33,081 nt of DNA. Source: Octopus sinensis. Its lineage: Eukaryota. Position 1 is the stretch's first letter, and each line of letters begins with the position of its first letter. Below the pieces are notes generated by a model. It was not told the origin of the DNA. It saw only the letters and a program-made list of their open reading frames with translations, and did no database searches. Position numbers and translations under genes: made by a program. The DNA is taken from the NCBI RefSeq assembly GCF_006345805.1, contig NW_021832750.1, positions 1 to 33,081 of the forward strand, given 5' to 3'. Positions 21,091 to 32,917 of the stretch are shown here, piece by piece.

Positions 21091-22247
21091 TTATGATGTT
21101 ATAGTGGTGCTTCTGTGCTTATGTGTTTTGCATGTGATTGTGCACGCACGTGCACGAGTGAGTAATTTCAATCAATAGTGTATTCATTCTAATAAACCTA
21201 TTCGTTCATTCATTTATTTATTCCTATTATTCTCTAGTTGGTTTCAGATTTACTTTCAAACATACCGGGAAAATATCTACTGAAGTAAATGAAATTGTCT
21301 CCCTTTACATGTAAGCTGCGATGTTAGAATGCTAAAATATTGTATGCTTTTAATATGCAAGTTTTCTCTAACTTAACCTGACTATTACGAAGATATTTAT
21401 GAATGAAAATATAATTTAGTAGTAAGGTAGAAACAAAATAACAACTCCTGGTATATGAATATTTATGTACACGTAGGAACATGTATTATTTATATATCTA
21501 TGTATATTATTTCTATCTATCTGCATATATATATATATATGTGTGTGTATTATTTACAAAGCTGTATTTATATTTATATATCTTGATAAATGTATACACA
21601 CACAATGATAGACTGACAGATATATAGATAGATTAAAACTCATTCACACACGCAAACACACACTCACACACACATATATACACAAACACACACGCATGTC
21701 TTCATATGAATATTTGTATTCATTTGTGTGTATTAAATATGTATATATTATATATATATATATATATACATCTATGTGTGTAGATGTATACACACAGATC
21801 GGGAGAGGAAGATTGATAGTTAGATAAATAGATAGAAAACTCAGACACGAGTGCCTATATATATATTTATTAATATTTGCTTTTATATGTATATATAAAT
21901 ATGTGTTAATACTGACAATTATTTAAGATATATGTATAAGACGAAGTATATAGACGTGAGTGAAGAAGTCGTTTTCTCTGGCTTGATCCTGGTCGACCTC
22001 ACCTAAGATATAACAGCGATAGACATAAGATTTGGCTTCTGTTTCTAGGAATTTGAATGACCAGTATGTGACTCCCTTTGTGTCACGGCGTAGCTGCTAA
22101 TGTGCACATACACTGTGTGAATGTATAAAATATTACATGAATAATTTATATACTATCTTATCAATATAGATAACAGTTTTTTTATATTATAGATTTACTT
22201 GGAAGTATTAGCATTAATTCCTTCTTTGTGTAGGAAGGTGTATGTTT

Positions 22248-22292
22248 ATGTCTCTCTCTCTCTCTCTCTCTCTTTCTACACCCACATACATA

Positions 22293-22358
<66 letters not shown>

Positions 22359-22370
22359 TATATATACATG
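22248..22370. repeat. (TC)n and (TA)n microsatellites
   Basis: Direct reading. Confidence 0.95.
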
Positions 22371-22647
22371 TATGCATATATTCATATGTCCATATGTATG
22401 TACATATTAATACACGGTATTATATAACTGCATATATAGCAGTGTGTATTTATATGTGCATGGTTCTATATACGCACGCCACACACACACACATACGCTC
22501 GCACTTGCGCTCACACCCACATACATATTCATTCACACATACATCCATATACACGAATATATGCATGTGTATACCTATGTGTACGTATGTGTGTGCGTGC
22601 GTACACGTATGCATATGTGTAAGTAATTGTGTGGTGAGAATACAGCG

Positions 22648-22651
<4 letters not shown>

Positions 22652-22683
<32 letters not shown>
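22652..22683. repeat. (TAA)n microsatellite
   Basis: Direct reading. Confidence 0.95.
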
Positions 22684-22686
<3 letters not shown>

Positions 22687-23050
22687 CGGCGTTGTTGCAG
22701 TATGTGGTTGCGTATGTATAAGGGAATGCAATACATTATTAATATTCATTCTTATATAGCCGTAAATTCTGATAAACTCTTCGAACTGTATCAGAAAATT
22801 ATCTTAATTTTAAATGAGAATATTCCAGGGTTCAATTTTTATCAGTTTATCTGTAATCAGGTACTATACGATTATTTTGTGAATAAATTACCATCACTAA
22901 TATTTCGCGTGCTTATTTTTTTTTCGCACCTTATAATTAGCTTTTGTTAAAATTTGATATTGCCTGCACCAAGTATGCTAGCACTTACGTAACTATGATT
23001 GGATATATCTTTGTGTATATGTTCGTTGTTTATGTGGTTCTACATACTTT

Positions 23051-23180
23051 GCACTGCCGAATGGTTAAGAACTTCGCTTTACAACCAAGAGGTTTCTAGA
23101 TCAATTACAATTCGTGTGATTTTGTAAAAAATATCTTTGGATTTAGGCTCGTGTTGACCAAAGCATTTTGAATGTAACTC
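23051..23180 (+). mobile_element. Very old SINE family A-like head
   Basis: gaatggttaagaacttcgctttacaacca...ggctcgtgttgaccaaagc loosely parallels family A. Confidence 0.45.
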
Positions 23181-23217
23181 GTTCAGCGTATGGATCTTTC
23201 TCAAATATTGGTTTGTG

Positions 23218-23648
23218 GTTTGAATTTATGGTACAAAGCCTGCAATTTGGAGGAAAGGCTTAAGTCGATTGCCTCGACAGTGGTACACATTTTATCGACT
23301 CCGAAAGGATGAAAGGCAAAGTTGACCTCTGCAGAATTTAAACCCAGACAGAAAGACAAACGACATACCCCTCAGCATTCCATCCGGCGTTGTTAACGGT
23401 TCTGCCGCCCTTGTATTGTTCTCTCATATTGATTAAAATTTTAAAATTTTGGCTCAAGACCGGCAAATTCGAGCATAGTGATAAGTCGATTCCATCGACC
23501 CCATTTTTCAGTTGGTACTTATTTTATCGACACCGAAAGGAAGAATGCCAAAGTAGACCTCAGCTGAATTCGAACTCAAAACGTAAGGACGGGACGGACA
23601 ACATATCGTTAAGCTTTTTCCTCAGGGATTCTGCCAGTTCGCCGTCTT
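23218..23648 (-). mobile_element. Two tandem SINE family B copies with gamma tails (23218-23412 and 23443-23648)
   Basis: Each carries aagtcgatt..tcgac, tttatcgac.ccgaaagga and ...ttctgcc..cgcc. Confidence 0.82.
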
Positions 23649-24285
23649 TGAGGGTCAATTCTTCTCCCTCGCAATCTCGGTCCCCGAGGAGAATAACATC
23701 AGGGGTAAATGTGTCAGGAATTTCCACAGTAAATCTATCGGTACATATTTCTGTTAACCAAACATCTAAATATCTATCGTCGAAACTGATGCAGATCCAT
23801 TTAATTTAGTTTTACGTTACTAGCAAGCTCGCTTGCTATGTTGCACTGGGGAAGCTTTTACAGAATTGATTTGCTTCTGGCTCATCTGTAAATGGCAAAT
23901 GAAGAGATACCCAGAAGTATTCGCAGCTCGTAGATCTATGCATGTGGTTTGTCAAAGAGACTCTCGGAGTATTGGCAGAGAAAAATGTCGCCATTTAATA
24001 AGTAAATTAACATCCCGCTACTCCAGAGTGTATTGTGTAGTTATTATGTTTCGTATATTTGACATAGGGCAATATATTTCACAAATATATAACAACTGAC
24101 GGATGATGTAATAGAAATAATGTAATCCTAAACAGTCGATATAAGAAGTAATGTATTATATATTTGCTTAAGCACTCGTTGAGAAGAATAGTGAAGTGGA
24201 AGCGTGTCGAGTTTCGTAGATCGAAACTACGCTGTGCAAAGAAATGAGTACTAATTTTTGTAGTTATACATCGCAACCACATTGA

Positions 24286-24499
24286 TTTCAAATTTTGGTA
24301 CAAGGCCAGCTATTTCAGGGAATAGGTTAAGTCCATTACATCGACCCCTGTACTCAACTGGTACGTATCTTATCGACTCCGAAAGGATGAAAGGCAAAGT
24401 CGACCTCAGCGGATTTTGAACTCAAAACGCGAAGACGGACAAAATGCCGCTAAGCATTCTTTCCCGGCGTGCTAACGATTCTGCCAGCTCACCGCCTTA
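24286..24499 (-). mobile_element. SINE family B, full length, gamma tail
   Basis: tttcaaattttggtacaaggccagc...gaaaggatgaaaggcaaagtcgacctc...gctaacgattctgccagctcaccgcc. Confidence 0.92.
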
Positions 24500-24732
24500 T
24501 ACATCGCCAACATATTCATGTATTTATATATACTCCTCAAGGGTAGGTATAAATTATGCGATAGACATTTATACAGGGGTCAGGAGTGACTAGCTAACCG
24601 GGAACATTTGGTGACCCTTGGGACACCAATATCCAAGTAGCGTAATGTGCAGGATGACAACACGAACATTTTGTGTTTTTTAAACAAATGTGAGTAAGAG
24701 TGTTACCTTGCGCATGTCAAATTATTTAGAAC

Positions 24733-24820
24733 TGCTGACAAAATCGATAGTATGCCGGCTGAAACGCTTAGCGGTATTTCATCTGCCGCTACGCTCTGAA
24801 TTCAAATTCCGCCGAGGTCG
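24733..24820 (+). mobile_element. SINE family B head fragment
   Basis: gctgacaaaatcg...gcttagcggtatttcatctgccgctacgctctgaattcaaattccgccgaggtcg. Confidence 0.85.
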
Positions 24821-25182
24821 TATGCTATTCAATGAAAAATTTCCGAGTAGAACTTATTATTACCTCCGCTTTTGAAACTATTTTGAATGGTTAACATCGT
24901 TATCTTTGGCTTGAATTAGATAAGGATAAAGTGTTTATCACTATTACAAAATTGTCTACAGCCACCTTCACATTACATGACTACCACTGTGATCGATTAG
25001 GTACCGGATAAGGATTCTGTATTATTTTTACGTTTTTTTTTTAAACTTTATTTTCGAGAGCTGTCGGGTTCATCATTTAAGGTATTCTTTTAAAAATCAT
25101 ATCTGGCTAATCGCTGAGAGGGCGCTGGTGTTGCCTTGGTGGAGGTTTGCGCTCTTTGAGTGCTCATGTTCTTGATAATTCT

Positions 25183-25297
25183 CCGCAGTCCATTTTGCCT
25201 TCCATCTTTTTCTCATCGTTAAAATAAATATCATGGAAGTAGTGGAGTCGATGTAATGGACTTCGGCTTTCCTCAAAAACTGCTGGCCCTGTGTCAG
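25183..25297 (+). mobile_element. Old SINE family B body and gamma tail
   Basis: tttgccttccatc...ggagtcgatgtaatggact...aaaactgctggccctgtgtca. Confidence 0.6.
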
Positions 25298-25762
25298 CAT
25301 CCTTAACCACTCAGCCATGTGTGCATTTATGTTCATGAAATGGAAAACAACATTAATAATAATCTGTTTTGGCAGTCAAATGTGTTTAATATCTGCCCGG
25401 CTGACTTGTAAGGTTTATCAGAATCAATATGTTACATTTTTTTTTGTTGTAGATATTCTTTAAGAAAATATAAACAGTTTGCTATGTTAATACACAGAGC
25501 AATCAATGGGTAGTCATTTGTCTTCTGAAGAGACATCAGTTCAAAGGAGAACTTAAGCGATAACAATAAATCTCTGATTTATTTCATCGAAGAAGAAGAC
25601 ACAAGAAAAATAAGAATTATTTAACTTTGAGTGGTGATGTATCCAGCCTGTCATTAATTCTTTTAGGTCGCATTTGGGATCATTGCATCAATACTGAAGT
25701 ATATTTACAGATTCGACCTAAACAGAATGTATAATAGCTTGTAAATATTTAAAAAATAAATA

Positions 25763-26100
25763 TTGGTTCCAAATATTGGCACAAAGCCAACAAGTTTGGT
25801 GCGGATGGGAGCAAGTCGGTTTCATCGGACCCAGTGATCGACTGGTACTTATTTCATCGACTTCGAAAGGAAAAATCGACAATTAATTAATTGGTTTATC
25901 AAAGTTCTTTCGTCAAAGCCTGTGACCTCATTCATGATAAACTGACCTTCGTGCACTTCGTCAGTACTACTATGTTCTCAGTCCATAATCTGTGTTAGTT
26001 TCTTGGCATTTTAAAATACAGAACTGAGAACTTAAAGACGGACGAAATGCCGCTAAGCATTTTGCCCCGCATGCTAACGATTGCGCCAGGTCACTGCCTT
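25763..26100 (-). mobile_element. SINE family B (gamma tail) split by an insertion of about 140 bp (25881-26021)
   Basis: Tail and body at 25763-25880; the head resumes at about 26021 (gaactgagaacttaaagacggacgaaatgccgctaagc...ctgcctt). Confidence 0.82.
25887..26021 (+). repeat. Dispersed direct duplication, copy 1 (partner 28175-28309)
   Basis: Ungapped, offset 2288, 4 mismatches in 135 nt. Confidence 0.95.
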
Positions 26101-27080
26101 ATTTTAGAAATATAAATAATTATTTAGCTACAGAGATGATTCAGGATATTTTTTCTATCACATAGTTTCAAAGTTCTTTAAGAAGAAGAAATTCTACAAC
26201 GGAAAGATTTTACATGTTTTGGTTCTTCTTGGAAAAAACGAACCTTATCAAGAATATTTTAAAAAGTTAAGTGTAATAAAAATGTTCATAATTGTTTCTT
26301 ACTAGTCTCAACAGTCCACGTGGTGGTGTTTTGTGGGGTGGGGGCATAACGGCTGTTTGTGCGTTGACTAGATTCGCTGGCTGTAATTGTGAAAATGACT
26401 GGTGGCCGAAATAGCAGTAGTAGCAGTGACTGTTGGTCGTAGTATATATATATATATATATATATATTATTACTTGTAACAAGAAAATATGTGATTTAGT
26501 ATTGGGGACCGGTTTAACATAAACGTTAAAACGTTCATTGTATTCGTGGAATGTAAAACGCGACAATACAAGGCAGAATAATAGTGTTAGACAAGAAAGT
26601 GTATCCAGCTAGAGCTGAGATCGATTAGCATATATAAATGGAACTGATCAAACATAAACTGGAAAACGTTGCATTCTTTTGTGCTTTTAACATAGTTCAT
26701 AAAACAATGTGTGAAAACTGTGAAAATTAGAATGAATTTAATCAGTTTTAGTTGGTATTAAAACTCATTTAAAAGCGCAAAAGCAACAGCTTAGCCGTAT
26801 ATACGAAATCTTGTAGTTTTGTCAGTGACGGACTTGAAGTAATATAAGCCGAAGCACTACGAATGTTATAATGCACAAAAATATATTGAAGAAAAAAATC
26901 AAATTAAAATCCTCATGTTTCAGAAATCTATCCAATGCTAAAACATTCCAAGAATGTAAGTGACGGGGTAAGTATTCAATGGCTGTTTTTAATGCTTTTC
27001 TTAGCATTTCGAACTTTTCAGAAATACTCTGTGTACTCTTGTTGAGAATTCACGCAAGAAAGCAAGTACATCGATCACGA

Positions 27081-27437
27081 GCTGTGTGGTAAGTAGCTTG
27101 CTTACCAACTACATGGTTCCGGGTTCAGTCCCACTGCGTGGCACCTTGGGCAAGTGTCTTATACTATATAGCCGCGGACCAATCAAAGCCTTGTGAGTGG
27201 ATTTGGCAGACGGAAACTGAAAGAAGCCCGTCGTATATATGTATATATATATGTGTGTTTGTGTGTCTGTTTATCCCCCCAACATCGCTTGTTAACCGAC
27301 TTTTACGTCCCCGTAACTTAGCGGTTCGGCAAATGAGACCGATAGCATAAGTACTAGGCTTCCAAAGAATAAGTCCTGGGGTCGATGTGCTCGACTAAAG
27401 GTGGTAGTCAAATGACTGAAACAAGTAAAAGAGTAAA
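27081..27437 (+). mobile_element. SINE family A, near full length
   Basis: gctgtgtggtaagtagcttgcttacc...gggttcagtcccactgcgtggcaccttggg...gactgaaacaagtaaaagagtaaa. Confidence 0.92.
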
Positions 27438-27593
27438 TAGTATAAATACAACAGCAAAAGTTTCGCAGGAAATTATATTACAATTCGAATGAGAAGACAT
27501 CAAAAGCAACGATGTTTATGATACATGTACATGCCACTAACGCCAGACACAATGAAATGAATACTTTTTATTCTTGTAATATATATGATGAGT

Positions 27594-27729
27594 GTATTTT
27601 TTCTATCCCTAGCACTGAAAGAAGCCCGTCGTATATATGTATATATATATGTGTGTTTGTGTGTCTGTTTATCCCCCCAACATCGCTTGTTAACCGGGCT
27701 TCTTTCAGTGCTAGGGATAGAAAAAATAC
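27594..27729. repeat. Perfect 35-bp inverted repeat (27594-27628 / 27695-27729) enclosing a copied SINE-A segment
   Basis: gtattttttctatccctagcactgaaagaagcccg and its exact reverse complement; 27614-27696 is identical to 27216-27298. Confidence 0.97.
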
Positions 27730-28133
27730 TCTTATTTTAATACTGGGCACAACCTTATATCACGCCAATTATTCTAGTAGATACGTGTAGGCTAAAACGG
27801 CAAGGTGTGTGTCACCGCCGTTCAGCGTTGTGTAATAAAACGTTGTGATATACATCTGAGCTGAAATGTATCTTAGTAAAATAAATAGCAATGTTGGAGG
27901 TTCACCGTTCACAGAGGTTATCACAACGCATGCATTAAGCCCTGGCATAATTTTCAATTAAAAATAGCAGTGGCATTTAAATAATTCGCATAGCAATGCC
28001 GAATGACTTCATTGTTATGTAGAATCGATCTGAAGATCTATCGATTTGAATTGACTTTATATTGTTTTACTTTGGCAGGGTCTTTCTGAGAATAAACACG
28101 ACGCACATGTAATTCACCTTAGATTTATTATCA

Positions 28134-28172
28134 ATTAATTAGATAATTAATTAATTAATTAATTAATTAATT
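28134..28172. repeat. (TTAA)n palindromic microsatellite
   Basis: Direct reading. Confidence 0.93.
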
Positions 28173-28174
28173 GG

Positions 28175-28309
28175 TTAATTGGTTTATCAAAGTTCTTTCG
28201 TCAAAGCCTGTGACCTCATTCATGATAAACTGACCTTCGTGCGCTTCTTCAGTGCTACTATGTTCTCAGTCCATAATCTGTGTTAGTTTCTTGGCATTTA
28301 AAAATACAG
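28175..28309 (+). repeat. Dispersed direct duplication, copy 2 (partner 25887-26021)
   Basis: Ungapped, 131/135 identical. Confidence 0.95.
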
Positions 28310-28961
28310 CCATATCTGTTTCAACACGCAATTTCCCATTAACAATCTAAAAAAAAGGACAATACGGAAAATGATATACGCCATCACTTCTCAGATGCGA
28401 ACCACAGCTTACCTAGTATTAATAACATAGATGTAGGTTAATAAATAGCAAAATTATGGCTTGTAAACATTGTTAGATTATTCTCTGCAAAGATTTGTTA
28501 GATCTAAATGTTTGTATACATTTTTTAAAATCTTGTTTCAAATCAAGTTTTCTATGAAAACATACGCAATTGATATTTGATTCAAGTTCAAATTAAATGT
28601 CCCTTTCGTGTGCACAAGTCTTCAGAATTAGAAGGAAATGGATTTATTAATTACATCCATCTTTTTTATCGATGCCAGAAGGATCAAAGGCTACGTTTTC
28701 ATCTCTTGTGATTGTATTTCCATTTAGAATGCTTCACAGGAATTCCAAATCCACTGCTTGGAAGTACTGCATTGGATTGAAGAACTTTATTAATATGGGA
28801 AGGAGGAAAATCTAAGACTTCTTGTATTATGATTCCTCTCACATCTAGAATGGTTGATAGGGATATTAGGACAACCCTAATGTTTGATTAGTACATTCAT
28901 AATATCTCATATTTGGATTAAAAGGCAAATCATTTTCATTTTACTTTTTAAAATAACATTT

Positions 28962-29130
28962 AGGTGCTGGCGTTGTTGTGTGGTAAGAAACTTGCTTCCA
29001 AACAACATGGTTCAGTCCTATCGCGTAGCACCTTGAGCAAGTGTCTTCTACTAGAGCCTTGGGCCGACCAAAGGCTTATATGAAGATTTGGTAGACAGAA
29101 ACGGAAAGAAGCCAGCCGTATATATATAAA
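28962..29130 (+). mobile_element. SINE family A 5' half
   Basis: gtgtggtaagaaacttgcttcc...gcaccttgagcaagtgtcttctact...gatttggtagacagaaacggaaagaagcc. Confidence 0.85.
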
Positions 29131-29140
29131 TATATATATA

Positions 29141-29255
29141 TCACTTTGATCACTTTGACCGACCAGTCCGTCAGGCGTACATTTGGACACCGCTGGTCAC
29201 AGCACGCTGTCCACTCCTCTCTGGATCGCGCCTTTCTCATCCACGTGATCCCAAT
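29141..29255 (-). mobile_element. Extremely 5'-truncated RTE-like LINE 3' end inserted in (TA)n
   Basis: The minus strand reads GITWMRKARSREEWTACCDQR (W..A..R..W C-terminal pattern) and ends in a short tandem tail (CAAAGTGAT)x2; (TA)n on both sides. Confidence 0.6.
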
Positions 29256-29411
29256 TATATATATATATATACGACAAATAAGGAAACGGAGAGGTATAAA
29301 ATCGACAGACATCAGCCGGTAAACATTCCAGTATGTCTATTTATTCAAAGTTATTGGATGAATACACACACATACAACAAATACATGTACATTATTTAAT
29401 GAAAAAAAAAG

Positions 29412-29781
29412 GGTATTTCGTCTACCGTTACTTTCTGAGTTCAAATTCCGCCGAAGTCAACTTTGCCTTTCATTCATTCGGGGTCGATACATTAAGTACC
29501 AGTTACGCTCTGGGGTCGATATTATTGAGTTAACCCCTTTGTCTGTCCTTGTTTAGCCCCTTGTGGGCAATAAAGAAATAAGAAAGGTTAGCATCGGACA
29601 AAATGCTTAGCGGTATTTCGTCTGTCTTTACGTTCTGAGTTGAAATTCCGCCGAGGTCGACTTTGCCTTTCATCCTTTCGGGGTCGATAAATTAAAGTAT
29701 CAGATGCGTACCGGGGTCGTTCTAATCGACTGGCCCCTTCCCCCCAAATTTCGAGACTTGTGCCCAGAGTACAAAAGATTA
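29412..29781 (+). mobile_element. SINE family B dimer: unit 1 (29412-29585) starts at GGTATTTCG with alpha tail; unit 2 (about 29586-29781) has a beta tail
   Basis: Two bodies with gagtt(c/g)aaattccgccga; tails ...gccccttgtgggcaataaagaaata and ...cccccaaatttcgagacttgtgcccagagtacaaaaga. Confidence 0.9.
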
Positions 29782-30734
29782 CTTAATTGTTTACCATTGT
29801 CGAATGAAAACCGCTTTCTACGACCACAACAAAGTTCGTTTACTTAATTAGAAACAAGTTGAGTTTTGGGAAAATATTAATTACTTAATTTATGAATATA
29901 TGTTTTTTACCTGTGTGTATATAGCTGTAACCAGCATGGTTCTTGTGTGCGTGTATGTATGTGTGTGTGTGTGTGTGTGTATGTCTGTAAGTTTGCTAAT
30001 GTTTGTCATATGCCCATGCAATTGCCTGTGCATGTTCAATTCAGTAACCCCAAAGAAAGAATACCTGAGAATGTTTAATTAACTTTTCCCTTTACAATTA
30101 ATCGATTTTACTTGGAAGACATGTATCAGTTTGCTTTGTTCTTTTGGAGGAAAAGAACCGCATTTCTAGGCCTTTATGCAAATCTGTTGCTACACAGCTT
30201 ATGGCGACTAGGATAATAGGTACACATGATAATCTGCTGATTGGATATAAGAGCTGTTCTTAAACATGTATGCACGCAGGCATGTACATATGCACGCGTG
30301 TATGTGTGAATGTATGTATGTGCGTATGTATCTGTACATTGGATCTGCTTGCGTACTTATTCGAAATATGGAAACACAGGTGCCAATATGATACTATAAC
30401 AAAAGAATATTCCGTAATTGGACACTAGATTACCATATAAACATACGACTTCTAGGTGGAAGAGCCTAACTACTTGACATATTATCAATTAATTTATCGT
30501 TTTGCAGGATTGGCCGGCTGCGACTTAATAGCTGCTTCATATGACAGTATAACTACACCGAACTCTTAAATAGTGAAAATAAATGGAACCGGTTTTCATT
30601 TTAAATGTATAAAAATTAAGAGTATGAAGCAAAAATGTAGAAGGTTATAAACTATTGCAGCATCATGCGTTCATATCTATGTATTTCCTGTGTCCTTTAA
30701 TGTTATATGTGTGTGTGTGTGTGTGTGTGTGTAC

Positions 30735-30895
30735 ATGATGGGCTTCTTTCAGTTTCCGTCCACTAATTCCATTCGGAAGACTTTGGTCTGCTAGTGGTAT
30801 AGGAGAAGATATGTGCTCATGGTATTATTCAGTGGAACTGAGCCGGGAACAATCTGACTGGGAGGTGAACTTCTTACCACACAGCCACGCCTGCG
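30735..30895 (-). mobile_element. SINE family A 5' half, old
   Basis: gggcttctttcagtttccgtc...cttaccacacagccacgcctgcg is the reverse complement of the family A head. Confidence 0.82.
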
Positions 30896-30924
30896 ATAAG
30901 ATATTTATTTATATATATGTAAAT

Positions 30925-31412
30925 ATCTACCTATCTGTCTGTCTGTCTGTGTCTGTCTGTCTGTCTGTGTCTGTCTATCTGTCTGTGTCTGTCTATCTGT
31001 CTGTGTCTGTCTATCTGTCTGTGTCTGTCTGTCTGTCTGTGTCTGTCTATCTGTCTGTGTCTGTCTATCTGTCTGGTCTGTCATCTGTCTGTGTCTGTCT
31101 ATCTGTATTGTCTGATGTCTGTCGTTCTGTCTATCTGTCTGTGTCGGTCTATCGTCTGTGTCGTCATCTGTCTGTGTCTGTATATATGTCTGTGTGTCTA
31201 TCTGTCTGTGTCTGTCTGTCTGTCTGTGTCTGTCTGTCTGTCTGTGTCTGTCTATCTGTCTGTGTCTGTCTATCTGTCTGTGTCTGTCTATCTGTCTGTG
31301 TCTGTCTATCTGTCTGTGTCTGTCTATCTGTCTGTGTCTGTCTATCTGTCTGTCTGCCTGTGTCTGTCTCAGTCTGTCTGTCTGTCTGTCTCTGTATGTA
31401 TATATATATATA
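30925..31412. repeat. (TCTG)n-based array with an 18-bp higher-order unit ctgtgtctgtctatctgt
   Basis: Direct reading; the VCLS/VYLS periodicity in the ORF track reflects the 18-nt unit. Confidence 0.96.
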
Positions 31413-31810
31413 CCTCAAAGAATGAAATGTATATGCGTTAGAGAGTGTCTAACTATATTTTCAAATGTTCCCATTAATCAAATTTGATTCGCAAAATATT
31501 GGTCAGGCTATACCAGACAGGACATTCGCCAGGTAGTGAACTCGGAATCTAATGGTTGCAAGAGAGGAAATATTTAACCATTCCCATAACATTTAACAAT
31601 GGCTGCAAGAACGAATTAAGAAGATTTTATAAACAACTAATGAAATTACTCACAAACGTCATTGGAGTGAAAACAGGTAACCATCTGTTAATGATAAATT
31701 GCTTGTGTCTGAATATCTAGACGTTGACATCGCTACAAGTGAAAATAGAAAATATGTTTGATAAAATGAATTGACAATAGTGTTGTTGGATAATTTATAT
31801 AAATATTAAA

Positions 31811-32148
31811 TTACTGTCGTAACTGTATTTTTTCTTGTGGTATGAGAGTTGTCGTTAATGCTGTCGTAGATTTAAAACCTTCTGGCAATAACAGGATTTT
31901 GTCTAGAGATTCTTTATTTATCAGTTTCGTCCTATATTGTTTAAAACTCTAGACTGACTTGAGAGAAATTGGGTTGCTGCTTCTTGTGAGCGGAGCAATA
32001 GTATAAAACAGTCACGGGAAATCTCCAGCCCAGGAGTCTTCCCGAATGGCCTACCTAACGAAAAGTCTCCTTGAATATTACCAGTGGTGTAGAAAACCTG
32101 ATAACGAACCCTAACTATTGCAGCCCGCTTCTTGAAAAGGATTGCCCA
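31811..32148 (-). mobile_element. Possible Tc1-type transposase N-terminal relic
   Basis: The minus strand gives AAIVRVRYQVFYTTGNIQGDFSLGRP (compare ..RF.ETG...D..RSGRP). After a frameshift it gives INKESLDKILLLPEGFKSTTALTTTLIPQEKIQLRQ*F (compare .S..TV.R.L...GFKSR.A..KPLLT......R..F). By eye only. Confidence 0.4.
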
Positions 32149-32677
32149 TACCTAATATAGAGCTTGCATTGCAAAATATGTGAGTCTCTAAAGATAATAA
32201 TGATTCACTATGGAAACATTAAAAAGTATTTAATATTTCTCTGAAATTTTAATAATCAACAGAATAGTGCAAGGTCAGTTTGTCTGGAATTGAGCAATTC
32301 CCAAAGTCTAGTAGTTTTGAAAATGATAAAATGGTATTGAATTTCACTTTATCTGTTATTCTGACAAATATAGGATTGAATATTACGCATGATTGAGGCA
32401 TCACAGTCTATCCGAAACGCACATAAGCAGCTGGTCAAATATCTACACTTCTTCATTCTATGGTGTTTTTTCTTCTGTACACTGTGACCTTATACTAAAT
32501 TTATCCGGTGTTTGACCTTTGGATTTACAAATTAGACATGAAGCGGAAAATTAATTTATAGACTTCGAGCATTATAATTGCATTCTCTCGCCACTGTAGT
32601 CAACCAAGTCTAATCTCTGCTCATTGCCTATTAATTATTCGCCTAGATCTTCAAACTCTTTTTCCATATATATACGT

Positions 32678-32708
<31 letters not shown>

Positions 32709-32866
32709 TATGCAACCATGTAGTTAAACAGAAATTCCAGTATAGAGTCAACAGCGTTTCTGACATTGATAAATAGACTTACATTTCGTGTCCCAAGATA
32801 TCAGAAAATTACTAACGAAATTATCTACTAGTTTCGATATTACGCGCTATAATACTAAACAATGAA

Positions 32867-32917
32867 CTCCAGCATGGCCGCAGTCAAATGAACGAGACCA
32901 ATAAAAGAGTTAAAGAA
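32867..32917 (+). mobile_element. SINE family A 3'-end fragment
   Basis: ctccagcatggccgcagtcaaatga...aataaaagag. Confidence 0.75.

Noticed and set aside
3175-22950. Dozens of long ORFs rich in YI, HT, CV or MYV dipeptides (for example 12196-13287, 12249-13355, 16577-17281, 19908-20531)
   Set aside because: They are translations of (TA)n/(CA)n/(TG)n microsatellites, which are stop-poor in several frames on both strands, and carry no protein signal.
23390-23809. 139-aa plus-strand ORF
   Set aside because: Mostly the antisense reading of a SINE-B copy; Ser-rich, with no domain.
30811-31487. ORFs with VCLS or TDRQ repeats
   Set aside because: Translations of the (TCTG)n / 18-bp array.
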